Shown here: positions 8,745-18,584 of the stretch, in pieces
Layout: the number at the start of each line of letters is the position of its first letter
Position numbering within the stretch: the first letter of the stretch is position 1
NCBI GenBank assembly: GCA_963977445.1
Contig: CAXBPH010000027.1
Coordinates: 1-39,739 of the forward strand
Direction: 5' to 3'
From: an uncultured bacterium
GTDB taxonomy: Bacteria; Hydrogenedentota; Hydrogenedentia; Hydrogenedentales; JAEUWI01
Length of the DNA: 39,739 bases
Notes under the pieces: generated by a model
Told to the model about the DNA's origin: nothing
Database searches by the model: none
Seen by the model: the letters and a program-made list of their open reading frames with translations, nothing else
Program-made: the position numbers and the translations under genes

Positions 8745-10553
8745 TCAGTTATCCAGCACTTCGCGAATTTTCTCGAGCATCTGCTTGGTACGGTAGGGCT
8801 TCTGGATGAAGGCCGTCTTAATTCCCATTTCGAAGCGGTCGTTAAGTCCATCTGGGGCATAGCCACTCATGAAGAGCACGCGCATATCCGGATGGAATGA
8901 GCGAATGGATTCACAGGCCTCGCGCCCCCCGAGACGGGGCATGACTACGTCAAACAGGAGCAGGTCAATATCGTTCTTGTGCTCTTTGAATAGTGCCAGT
9001 GCTTCCTCGCCATCTTCCGCTGAGAGGACGGTGAACCCGGCATTGTTCAAGACGACAATCAGTAAACTTCGCACGGCCTCATTATCTTCCGCAACCAGAA
9101 TGGTTTCGGAACCTTGTGGTGCCGGGGCCGACACGTGTTTTTCTGTCGTACTTACTGCGTGGGCAACTCTCGGCAGGTATATGGCAAACTCCGATCCTGA
9201 GTCAGGTGTACTTTTGACAAGCATCGTACCACCATGTTGTTTTACGATGCCATACGCCATGGCCAACCCGAGACCGGTACCTTCACCAAGCTTTTTCGTG
9301 GTAAAGAATGGCTCGAAGACGTGAACCTGTTGCTCCTCCGTCATGCCAATGCCTGTATCGACCACGCACACGCGGACAAAGGGTCCTGGAGCAAACTCGG
9401 AATGGTTCGCGACGAAGTCCATATCGAGATCGACGTTTTCTGTAGCGAGTGTAAGGGTGCCACCGTCTGGCATGGCATCACGGGCGTTCAAGCTCAAGTT
9501 AAGAAGGACCTGCTCAAGCTGAACCGGATCGGCATGAACTGTTCCCAGTTCGTCGGCAGGTACGAAGTGGGTTCGAATATTTTCTGGAATGACCCGACTC
9601 AACATACCCGTAATTTCTTCGACGAGTGTGTTCAAGTTGAGGTATTTCGGTGCCATGACCTGCTGGCGGCTGTAGGCCAGCATCTGGCGGGTCAAGGAAG
9701 CAGCTCGGTCCGCGGCTTTGCGGACAGCCTGCAAGTGGTCCTGTTCCTGGGAACCATGGGTGGTGTTGGTCAGAAGAATTTCTGTGTGGGCCGTAACGAC
9801 CTGCAATAAATTATTGAAATCATGGGCGATGCCACCAGCGAGTTGGCCGACCGCTTCCATTTTTTGCGCCTGTTGCAACTGGGTCTCGGCCTGATCGCGT
9901 TCTTCGATAAGCTGAATTAAATGATTACGTTCCCGCGCAATTTCCTCCAGATACTCCCCAGAAGTCTGAACACTTTTCTCAAGATTTTTAAGAAGTATGG
10001 AGAGAAATGAAATCGCCATGGCGGACAACAGGGACAGGCTAACCACATCGGGCAAACATTCAACGTGAAGAAATTTAAAAAAGGAACTATATTGCGTCGC
10101 GAGCGGTTGGCCCATTGCGAATATATACGAATACCCGCAAAGACTCGCGAGCGTAGTGACGGTCACAACGGTTGCCGCACCGGCGCCAATCAGAATGCAC
10201 GAGAACATGATCGAGGCAAAGTAGAACAGACTACCCGAACTGTTCAATCCGTGATGATAAATCTCGAAGGAGCCCACAACGTATAGCACGAGGAGGGGTA
10301 TGGTCGACCGCAAGAAATACGGAAGCAAACTGGGCAACAGGCAAAACAAAATCGCGGCGTAGCAGGAGACGTAGAACGTGGCAGCACCAAAGCGGCCGGC
10401 AGCGATATCATCAATAGCCACAATAGCCACAATAGGGGCACCGAGAAGCCCCCAGACAAGAAGCATTCTTTCCAGGACATAGAGACGAATGTCAGGTAAG
10501 CTCAGCGGCTCACTCAGCATCCCATAGATGCTGAAGAATTCCCGAATTTTCAT
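8745..10553 (-). CDS. Membrane-bound hybrid sensor histidine kinase/receiver (CckA-like); start inferred at ATG 10553
   Basis: About 6 N-terminal TM helices, H-box QKMEAVGQLAGGIAHDFNNLL, N/G boxes (LNLSLNARDAM, DTGIGM, FFTTK, GTGLGL), receiver VAEDN...FDVVMP...QKPY. Confidence 0.93.
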   Translation of the reverse strand: MKIREFFSIYGMLSEPLSLPDIRLYVLERMLLVWGLLGAPIVAIVAIDDIAAGRFGAATFYVSCYAAILFCLLPSLLPYFLRSTIPLLVLYVVGSFEIYHHGLNSSGSLFYFASIMFSCILIGAGAATVVTVTTLASLCGYSYIFAMGQPLATQYSSFFKFLHVECLPDVVSLSLLSAMAISFLSILLKNLEKSVQTSGEYLEEIARERNHLIQLIEERDQAETQLQQAQKMEAVGQLAGGIAHDFNNLLQVVTAHTEILLTNTTHGSQEQDHLQAVRKAADRAASLTRQMLAYSRQQVMAPKYLNLNTLVEEITGMLSRVIPENIRTHFVPADELGTVHADPVQLEQVLLNLSLNARDAMPDGGTLTLATENVDLDMDFVANHSEFAPGPFVRVCVVDTGIGMTEEQQVHVFEPFFTTKKLGEGTGLGLAMAYGIVKQHGGTMLVKSTPDSGSEFAIYLPRVAHAVSTTEKHVSAPAPQGSETILVAEDNEAVRSLLIVVLNNAGFTVLSAEDGEEALALFKEHKNDIDLLLFDVVMPRLGGREACESIRSFHPDMRVLFMSGYAPDGLNDRFEMGIKTAFIQKPYRTKQMLEKIREVLDN

Positions 10554-10745
10554 GGCGTATGGGCCCACTGCACTACGTTGGTCATCGCATGGGAAGTCGA
10601 AAAAAACCGAAAAGCGGTCACACTTCGCATTCTCCGTTAAAAACAATTAATCACGTTCAGAGTATGGCACGTTCGTCTAAATGCATTCCAATCGTGTGCC
10701 GTTCCCATTTCGTCTAGCCGACGGGATGACCAATATCGCTTTCCT

Positions 10746-12773
10746 TTACTCGGTGGAGGCCACGTAGTCTTTGGCCTCAAACAGGCTCAAATCCTCTCGC
10801 TTGTAATAGCGAAAACGCCCTTCCTCTTCCGCGACGATGAGGTCGGCGTTTTGCGCCCCACGGAAGGGAGCCATGGCAGGACCGCAGGCGTGTTGCCCGA
10901 GAAAAATGGGTTCGCCTTTGTAGGCCACGAGCTTCGGGAAGGCAAATTTTGGTTCCCCATCGCTACCGGTATTGAGAAGTACGAGCACGGCCGAGCCTGG
11001 CAATCCCAACGATTGGGGCAGACCCGTTTCGGGGTGTGGCACGGAGCCGTGGCGCGGCGTCCCTACCAGAAGATCGGTCTTTCCATCGAGATCCCAATCC
11101 ACCAGGGACAGTTTGAGCCGACCCGTACCGCCGCCACTCAAAAAGTTCGCGTAAATCGGTCCCCCGGTGTCGAGGAGGAGCTTGCCGCCCTCAAGGAGAT
11201 TATAGGCATCCACCTGCCAGTAGAGATGAAACTGGTCATCACCGTCGAGAGCGACATAGGCCATGCGGCCGTCGAGTTTCGCGACGGCAGGCTGTACCCG
11301 CCAGGTGCCAAACATATCCAGACCTTCGTAATACAGGGGGTGTGCCGGGGCCAACTCGGGAGCCGTCGGCATGCCTCGATTCAGATAGACATGGTGCCGG
11401 GCCGTGCTATCGCTCATGACAATATCGGGCAGGCCGTCGTCATTCCAATCCACGACGGTTGGGCACGTATAACCCCAACGGGCTTCGCCGGGCCCCTGAA
11501 TATCCAAACGATACCCCGGCTGCACGTGTATCATTTCCTCACCGGCATACAGGGGTGTTCCGGGTTGGAAAGCTGGTGCCTCGTTGCTGCCGGTGTTCTC
11601 AAAGTAGAGCACCAGGCCTTCGGAGTTTCCAGCGACCATATCGAGGAGCCCGTCGCCGTTCCAGTCGACAATATTGGGCACAGGCAGGGAACCACCATAA
11701 AGCCTGGCATCGGCTTCCAACACATAGACCGGATTGGTATAGACGGGCTGACCGGCCTCCGTAAATCCACCGGTAAATTGATAGAAATAGATGCCCCCTT
11801 CTCCCCCGACAAGGAGGTCATTTATCTGTCCGTCTCGATTGGGGTAGGCCATGGGACAGGGATAAATGGTGGGGTGTCGCTGTGCGATACCATCGGGCTG
11901 GGTGACGAGACCACGGGGTGCCCAATCCTCCCCCTCACGGTGGAAGAAGTGAAGGCCACCGAAGGCAGAGCCGGTGATAAGGGCGGGCGTGTCGGCCCCA
12001 AGCACCTGAACGGAGGCAATCTGATTAAAACCAGAGCGCACGTCGCGATCACGCAGGGATGCCCGAAGGGGCGCGCCGTGCTGCAGGGTACCATCAGCGG
12101 ACACAACCACGGTGTACAGGGCCGAGTAGGGCAAGCCGCCGTGCCAGATGCCCGCACCGGTATAGGGTTGGTATTCGGGATTGCGGAAACCCAGGGGGGA
12201 AGTCTTGTAGGCCGTACCATCACCAATTCCCAGGTAAACCTGCCAATCCCCATCGGGTCGTTTCCAAAGCCCCACGCTACCGGCACCTCGGGGGAGCCCC
12301 TGGAGTTCAAGGCGGTGGGTCTCATTGAAACGCCAGGTCTCTCGATCGAGGGTCGTCCAAATCAGCGTCGTGCCGCTGAGCCACACCCCGGTGACGGTAC
12401 CGTCTTCGGCGCTTAGAATCGTTCCGTAAGGCGGATAAGGCTTCTCGAAAGGATGGCCGATGGATTGGACCTTTTTGAAGACGGGGATACCCGCGTCATT
12501 GGTCGTAACCCAACGGTAGAGCCACAACCCGGGTTCCGTACCATATTTCGTGGTGGCTACAAACATATCGGGCTGTTCGCCACCAAAGAGATTGGCGTAG
12601 CCAAGGGGCACCGACATGACGGCGTGTGGTGCCAACGGGCCGACCTGGTCGACCGTACCCACAGGTATTTGGGCACCACTTTCCCACAGGGGTGCCGCCG
12701 CACTTATCACACTCCAGACCAAACTCAAGGCGACGCACGCAAACACGGCCCTGCTCTTCATAGAATTATTCAC
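10746..12773 (-). CDS. Secreted FG-GAP/VCBS repeat (beta-propeller) protein; start GTG 12773 or ATG 12761
   Basis: Signal peptide and repeats VDWNGDGLLDMVAG, VDWNDDGLPDIVMS, VDWDLDGKTDLLVG. RBS GAAAGGAAG lies 6 nt before GTG 12773. Confidence 0.85.
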   Translation of the reverse strand: MNNSMKSRAVFACVALSLVWSVISAAAPLWESGAQIPVGTVDQVGPLAPHAVMSVPLGYANLFGGEQPDMFVATTKYGTEPGLWLYRWVTTNDAGIPVFKKVQSIGHPFEKPYPPYGTILSAEDGTVTGVWLSGTTLIWTTLDRETWRFNETHRLELQGLPRGAGSVGLWKRPDGDWQVYLGIGDGTAYKTSPLGFRNPEYQPYTGAGIWHGGLPYSALYTVVVSADGTLQHGAPLRASLRDRDVRSGFNQIASVQVLGADTPALITGSAFGGLHFFHREGEDWAPRGLVTQPDGIAQRHPTIYPCPMAYPNRDGQINDLLVGGEGGIYFYQFTGGFTEAGQPVYTNPVYVLEADARLYGGSLPVPNIVDWNGDGLLDMVAGNSEGLVLYFENTGSNEAPAFQPGTPLYAGEEMIHVQPGYRLDIQGPGEARWGYTCPTVVDWNDDGLPDIVMSDSTARHHVYLNRGMPTAPELAPAHPLYYEGLDMFGTWRVQPAVAKLDGRMAYVALDGDDQFHLYWQVDAYNLLEGGKLLLDTGGPIYANFLSGGGTGRLKLSLVDWDLDGKTDLLVGTPRHGSVPHPETGLPQSLGLPGSAVLVLLNTGSDGEPKFAFPKLVAYKGEPIFLGQHACGPAMAPFRGAQNADLIVAEEEGRFRYYKREDLSLFEAKDYVASTE

Positions 12774-12834
12774 GTGACGCTTCCTTTCATCAGTACTTCG
12801 AAGTGGCAAACCTGCACGCCACAAGGATCCCTAC

Positions 12835-13239
12835 TCAATCCATGGGAAGGCGGGAGAGATAACGAATCAGGAATCCCAGTAGAATCAGTATCGCACCTAC
12901 GGCGACGCAGGCGACACCGCCAAAATAAATACCCACCGAGGTCTGCCCCTGCCCCCAGACATAACTGACAAGGGCGGTACCAAAACCAACTATCGCCAGT
13001 GCGCCACCAACGATCACATAATCCACCGGGGTCTTCTGTTCCGCCCCCTCATAGGGCTCATCCACCAAGGCGTGTAATTGTTCCGTCGTTTTCGGCCGAT
13101 CCGGGTCTCGCTGGAGACGCTCCAGCATGGCCAACTTTATTCGGTGGGCCAACCAGACCCGCAAAAGATTTGCGATAATGGTATAGAGAAGAATTATGAT
13201 ACCCACGAAAAGAGGGGCAACTATCATTATTGTTTTCAC
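12835..13239 (-). CDS. Small 3-TM membrane protein, DUF6249-like
   Basis: TM helix, charged HRIKLAMLER linker, then two Gly-rich TM helices. RBS GGGAGG lies 6 nt before GTG 13239. Divergent from the ECF operon. The family name is tentative. Confidence 0.65.
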   Translation of the reverse strand: MKTIMIVAPLFVGIIILLYTIIANLLRVWLAHRIKLAMLERLQRDPDRPKTTEQLHALVDEPYEGAEQKTPVDYVIVGGALAIVGFGTALVSYVWGQGQTSVGIYFGGVACVAVGAILILLGFLIRYLSRLPMD

Positions 13240-13348
13240 GAACTGCCTCCCTGACCGCGTCGCGGTTCTAACCACAAAAATTGCGGTGATTCAGAATTGG
13301 ATTCCCTTAGATCAACGATGCCGACCTACACCGGGGATTGTACGTGCC

Positions 13349-13379
13349 CGAAACCCCAACGTGCACCTTTCGGTCCAAT
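13349..13379 (+). promoter_or_regulatory. Candidate ECF sigma (autoregulatory) promoter
   Basis: GAAAC (13350-13354), 16 nt, CGGTCCAAT, about 20 nt before ATG 13398. Resembles the AAC...GTC pattern of ECF promoters. Confidence 0.5.
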
Positions 13380-13397
13380 CGTAATGGATATTATCCC

Positions 13398-14312
13398 ATG
13401 AATTCGCTCTATCGCAGCCTCGGCTCGGCCCTTGCCATCGCAATCGCTATCCACTCCTTTACGGTCGGGGTGCTTTGTGATGTACTGCCCCGCGAAGCTA
13501 CCCCCCCACTCCTTCAAACGGAGAAGACCCTCCGTTTCGAGGCCGGAAAATTTCTTCGCCTGGCCCATACCGATGGTTCGGTCGAAGTCCAGACCCATGA
13601 CGGACCAGACTTTATCCTGCGTGCTGAAATTCGTGCCTATGGAAAGTCCGAGCTCCTCGCGGCAACGAAAGCCTACGTCGAAACTGTTTTCACCGGCACC
13701 ACAGACGGCTCGGGCATCTGGGTCCAGACAGAGAGCGGCGAGCGGCCGGAGCCCATCGATTTGCGCATCGATTGTCGCCTGACCGTACCCCGGGAAACCA
13801 ACCTTTCTGTCGAGGGGGCCAACGGCAACGTATTGATACGTGAGGGCTGCGGAGCCATCTTCATAACCGGAAATAACACGGACATCCGGGTAATACGACC
13901 CGGACGCTCGGTCCGAGCGGAAAGCACCAATGGACGTATTACCGTGGAACATGCGCCCGGAGAAACCGTCCTAAAGACAATAAACGGAAGCATTTACGCA
14001 CAGATTGAGGGGGGGTACCTGGAGGCCAGCACGACCAATGGCAACGTGTCTGCCGTGTTACTGCATCCTACGGTCAAATCCTGCAACTTGACGTCGCTCA
14101 ATGGAGGCATTACACTTTCTATAGCTGATTCGGTTGACGTGTCTCTCGACGCGGTCACCGAAAGTGGCGTAGCGAGCACCGAAGTGGCGCTTGATTATGC
14201 TCCAGGCTACCCCAAACGCCGCGCATTGGTAGGTACGCACGGCGCGGCGGGTACATCGGTTACCCTTCATTCTAAGAATGGTGACATCACCATCATCAGG
14301 AGCGGAACATGA
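13398..14312 (+). CDS. DUF4097 family beta-strand repeat protein
   Basis: Hydrophobic N-terminus, LTVPRETNL, and repeats ANGNV, STNGRI, TINGSI, TTNGNV, SLNGGI, SKNGDI. Overlaps the next gene by ATGA. Confidence 0.88.
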   Translation: MNSLYRSLGSALAIAIAIHSFTVGVLCDVLPREATPPLLQTEKTLRFEAGKFLRLAHTDGSVEVQTHDGPDFILRAEIRAYGKSELLAATKAYVETVFTGTTDGSGIWVQTESGERPEPIDLRIDCRLTVPRETNLSVEGANGNVLIREGCGAIFITGNNTDIRVIRPGRSVRAESTNGRITVEHAPGETVLKTINGSIYAQIEGGYLEASTTNGNVSAVLLHPTVKSCNLTSLNGGITLSIADSVDVSLDAVTESGVASTEVALDYAPGYPKRRALVGTHGAAGTSVTLHSKNGDITIIRSGT

Positions 14313-14926
14313 CACGGACTGCAGAAGCGACATTGAATGCAGGCAGCGCTATCGATGTCGCAACGCTGGCAACCGAGCCGACAGAACTGAGTGACCTTGA
14401 GCTGGTGCATCGCACGCAACGGGGCGACTCCGAGGCTTTTTCGGAGTTGGTCCGGCGACACCAACAGGTTACCTATAATCTGGCCTACCGTTTTATGCGT
14501 GATGCGACACAGGCCGAGGACATGGCGCAGGAAGCCTTCCTCAAAGCCTTTCGCCTCTTGAAGGGTTTTCGCGGGGACAGCAGTTTCAGCACGTGGCTCT
14601 ATCGCGTAACCTCTAGCGTATGTCTCACTGAATTGGGTCGACGGAAACGGCGTGGAGAAGTAGAGCTCCAGCCTACGCACCACAAACAGGCGACCGTACA
14701 GCCCTCCTATTCCTTTGACATGCCCGAGCATATTCGACGTTGTGTCACCCAGCTTTCTGACCGCTATGCGGAAATCGTGACTTTATACTATCTGAAGGGT
14801 ATTTCCTATGACGAAATCGCGGAAGCGATGGATATCCCCATGGGCACCCTGAAAACCTGGATGTTCCGAGCGCGCAAGCAGCTGCGGTCTATTGTTGAGA
14901 CGGAGATTTTTTCGGATGGGCGATAG
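14309..14926 (+). CDS. ECF RNA polymerase sigma factor (RpoE/SigW-like)
   Basis: GDSEAFSELV, AEDMAQEAFLKAF, FSTWLYRV (region 2) and SYDEIAEAMDIPMGTLKTWMFRAR (region 4). Confidence 0.96.
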   Translation: MTRTAEATLNAGSAIDVATLATEPTELSDLELVHRTQRGDSEAFSELVRRHQQVTYNLAYRFMRDATQAEDMAQEAFLKAFRLLKGFRGDSSFSTWLYRVTSSVCLTELGRRKRRGEVELQPTHHKQATVQPSYSFDMPEHIRRCVTQLSDRYAEIVTLYYLKGISYDEIAEAMDIPMGTLKTWMFRARKQLRSIVETEIFSDGR

Positions 14927-15395
14927 CCTTCCTACAGAAGCGGAATTGGACGAACTTATCGACGCGGCACTTCGTGACGAGCCGTTGTTACCCGCACCGC
15001 CCCACCTTCATCGAAAGATCGAGGAGCGGGTGATGTATGTGGCGTTACAGGAGCGGGAACGTGCCCGTTTTCGCCATACCCTGATTGGAGCAATTGGTGC
15101 TCTGTTTATCATTGTCACGGGTGCAGCCGTGGTAATTACGTTAACGCGGTTCAGCCTGCTCTATACCCACGGCGTTTCCGGCGGAAAAGGGTTAGTGGAT
15201 TATTATTTGACCCTTTTCGATGTCTCCTGGTCGAGTCAGATCGGTGTTTATGCACTGTTCCTCATGGTCGGACTCAGCATCGCCTTTCTCTGGACAGGCC
15301 TGATGTTGTTACGGGGCCAGATGAGACTGCTGCCCGTCAACAGCGGCAACACCCGGCAGTCGAACGTTGAGTTGGACAGTCAACGGGCCCGCTGA
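14916..15395 (+). CDS. Putative membrane anti-sigma factor
   Basis: Overlaps the sigma stop. Short cytoplasmic domain (ELIDAALRDEPLLPAPPHL) plus two TM helices. No HxxxCxxC motif. Confidence 0.7.
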   Translation: MGDSLPTEAELDELIDAALRDEPLLPAPPHLHRKIEERVMYVALQERERARFRHTLIGAIGALFIIVTGAAVVITLTRFSLLYTHGVSGGKGLVDYYLTLFDVSWSSQIGVYALFLMVGLSIAFLWTGLMLLRGQMRLLPVNSGNTRQSNVELDSQRAR

Positions 15396-15488
15396 ATCAC
15401 GGGGGCCCTCCCTGTCGTTTGGTTTTGTATGCTGGGGTCCTGACGCGCCGATGGCCGATCAGGCAATGAGAAAGGCAGTAAGTATCTC

Positions 15489-18453
15489 GTGAATCGCCAT
15501 CGGGGAAAAAAGTCTACGTCCACCGTATCAATCATTCTTATGATCGCTTTTGCATTGGTTGCCCTGATCGGGGTCGCCATACTGCTGGCCCCTGAGCAAG
15601 AACCAGCACCGCCTGTTTCTGCCATGAATTATGAAGCCCGACCCGAAGGCGCAGATCACACGCCCCTGACCCTTGCGCCCTTCCGAGGCACGGGTAGCCC
15701 CGAAAACAACGACGGCGACGTTCCTGTCGATGTGCCGGTCGCGGAGCAACGCGAAGAAGATACGCACGAAGAGAGCGCCTTCGTCATCAAAGGAACGGTC
15801 CTCGACGGCGATACACAGAGCCCCGTCGAACACGTTCGGTTGCTGGTGAGTCGCATCCCCTCGGATAGCGAAGCAGATGCTTTTCGTGAAAAAGAGGCGG
15901 GCATCGTGGCGGAACAGGATTCGGCGGCCTTTTCGGAAGTTCTGGATGAACGGAAGCGCATATGGGCCGATGCGGGTGCCCAGAGCGACGCCCAGGGGCA
16001 TTTCAGCATTGGCATAACCTACCCCGGTGACTACCAGATTACGGTGATACCCCAGGCCCACTTGAAGCAAGTGGTCGAGAAGAGTTTCGTCGGCGAATCC
16101 CGCCCCGAGTGGGATCTTCGTATCGAATTGGAGTCCGGGGCCATGATCGCAGGTCGCATTACGGATAGCTACGATCATGTGGGCATCGAAGGGCTTACGG
16201 TAAGCGCCTCCCTGAATGAGGAAATCCGAACCCGGGAAGCCCAGACGGACGTCGACGGCCAGTACACCATCAGCGGGCTAAGTCCCGGTGAATATAGTGT
16301 CATCGCAGCTATCGAGCGTACGGCCTATCGCGTTACGAAGGAGCTCCCGTTCAAGAAAGCAACCATCACGACCCCTGATCAGGTCATATCGAATGTGGAT
16401 TTTCAACTCGATAAGGGCGGCGTGGTCTGGGGCTATATCACCACGCCCGACAAGGACCCTGTGGCCGCGAGTGTCATCCTCTGCACCTCCGACAGTGTGC
16501 TGTCCCAGGCCATCACGGCCATGGTTCGCAAGGCACCACCCCTCAGCACCAACAGCAAAAAGGAAGACGGGTACTATGAACTCCTGGGCGTTCCCCTGAA
16601 CCAGCCCTGGCGACTCCACGTGACTGCCGATTCCAACGCCCCCCAGTTGGCCGATACCTTTGTCCTCACGAACCGACAAAAAGAAGCCCGCGTGGATGTG
16701 TTCATGTTTACCGGGACCAACGTTTATGGACAGGTCGTGGATAACAAAGGCAAGGGCGTGCCCGACGCCCACGTACTGTGCATTCCCGGCTTCGGACAGA
16801 TCCTCTCCCCCCTGGACAGCCCCCAGGTGGTGCGGGAAACCAACAGCGACAACGAAGGCTATTTCGCGGTCGAGCAACTTCCAGCGGGCAGCTATCAGGT
16901 GCTGGCGCAGAAGGAAGGCTATAAGTTTGCCCTTCGTGGTGAACCCCTCCAATCGGACGGATATCGTGAAATTAAGAATTTCCGGGTGGTCCTCGAGAAC
17001 ATTGAAGCAGGCAAATACGCAGTCTTCGGCACGGTCCGAAGTGCCTCGGGCGATGGCCTGTCGGGAGCAAAAGTCACTCTCTCTGGCCTTGGCACGGAAA
17101 GCCTTCAGGGTGTTGGGCGGGATACGACAACGGAATCGGGCGGTAAATTCCGGCTCGAGGGCGTTGAAATCGGAAAGTATGTACTTCGTGCCGAAATGGA
17201 CGGATATAGCCCCAAAACATTGCCCCAAGTGCTGCTGGATCAGCCCAATACCATTATCATGCAAACCTCATCACAGGTCCGGGGGCGGGTCCTCGTCAAA
17301 GACACCAACACGGCCCCCGAAAATGGCTATACCGTGCGTGCAACCCGAGTTGACGGTGGTGACCAGGAAGACGGTGGATTCCTCTCCCTCATCACCAGTG
17401 AATCGGAATTTCAGCACAGCGAGCATTACAATGACCCCCAGGGCAATTACGCCCTCACCCTTTCCGAAGGCACCTGGCAAGTGGAAGGCAGCGCCACCGG
17501 GCTGACGCCAAAGCGCGTGAGCGTTACCCTTGCCGCTGGCGACGTGAAGGACGACGTCGATATCTATCTGACGCAGGATGGCGGCACCGTGAGTGGACAC
17601 CTCCAGATGTCCGACGGCAAGAGCCCCCAGGGGGCCAATGTCTCCCTCCTGGAGGCGAGCAATATATCCCAGGCCCTCACCGACTTTGCCCAAGCGGGCG
17701 GCGAGCGCACCTCGCAGGTGGCCGAAGATGGATTCTTTAGCTTCGACCAATTGCCTGAAGGCACCTACTACGCCATTGCACGGCACCCCGCCTATCCCCA
17801 GGCCATGAGTGAAATCATAATGTTGGGCGCCGACAGCACGGTGGACGATGTGGTCATTCGCATGGGCCCCGGCGGCACATTGGAAGGCTTCGTCTACGAA
17901 GGCGGTGGCAGGATGGATCGTCACCGCAATCGCCAACGGCGCGCCCTACACGGGCACCAGCGACAACACGGGTGCCTATCGCATCGAAAATATTCCCGCA
18001 GGCAGTTTCAATGCCTTTGCATCCAACCCGATCAATGCCGTTGGTGGGGGCGGGGGCTCCGCCCAGGGCGACCCGATTACTATTGAAGACGGCATGGTCA
18101 CCTACAAGAATTTTGGCGAAGTAGGTGGCATTACCATTCATGTGATCATCGCGGGCGGCGTGAGCAACGATATTATTCCCATCGATCTGGGAACTGTCGG
18201 TGGACTGATATCGCTCAGCCCCGCTGCTGCCGTGCCCAATGTGGGAAGCAATCTCGTTCGGTCTGAACTGCCCGAGGAATCCTACACGATTATCAGTGGC
18301 ACCATAGACATTCCCGACGTGCCCATCGGCACCTGGCGCGTGGACTACTTCGCCGGACAGACCAACCCGGCAGGTACCTACAGCTGGCGTTCCTATGCGG
18401 AAGTAGACGTGACCGGCGAAGAACCGGATATCGATGTCACCCTATCCCGCTAG
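15489..18453 (+). pseudogene. Membrane-anchored carboxypeptidase-regulatory-like (prealbumin-fold) repeat protein, split by a frameshift near 17900-17910
   Basis: One N-terminal TM helix then about 8 GxVxD...G.f/y repeats. Repeat 8 begins in frame 15489 (GGTLEGFVYEGG) and continues in the +1 frame (AVAGWIVTAIANG...TSDNTGAYRIENIPAGSF) to TAG 18453. Confidence 0.8.
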
Positions 18454-18468
18454 GAGTCTGACTCCTGG
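18452..18468. repeat. Palindromic repeat copy 1 (AGGAGTC-T-GACTCCT-GG)
   Basis: Perfect 7-bp inverted repeat. The 16-mer GGAGTCTGACTCCTGG (18453-18468) is identical to 22229-22244. Confidence 0.8.
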
Positions 18469-18524
18469 CACGACAAGAAACCAAAATTCGAACCACTACC
18501 GGTAAATACTCTAGAATCCACCGC

Positions 18525-18557
18525 TGAAACGAATTTGGGGCACTGGACGGTCACAAT
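18525..18557 (+). promoter_or_regulatory. Candidate ECF promoter for the ABC operon
   Basis: TGAAAC (18525-18530), 17 nt, CGGTCACAAT, about 28 nt before ATG 18585. Similar to the 13350 motif. Confidence 0.4.
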
Positions 18558-18584
18558 CTGTCGTCACGTACGCAGAGGGGAACC

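Noticed and set aside
10851..12416. 521-aa plus-strand ORF, and similar long antisense ORFs (24191-25183, 25733-26842, 16278-17264, 35071-35973)
   Set aside because: Each lies wholly opposite a well-supported gene. These are typical GC-rich shadow ORFs without motifs.
17848..18453. Independent 201-aa gene
   Set aside because: Its first 15-20 residues are implausible and the remainder completes a repeat begun in the upstream ORF, so it is better explained as the frameshifted C-terminus.
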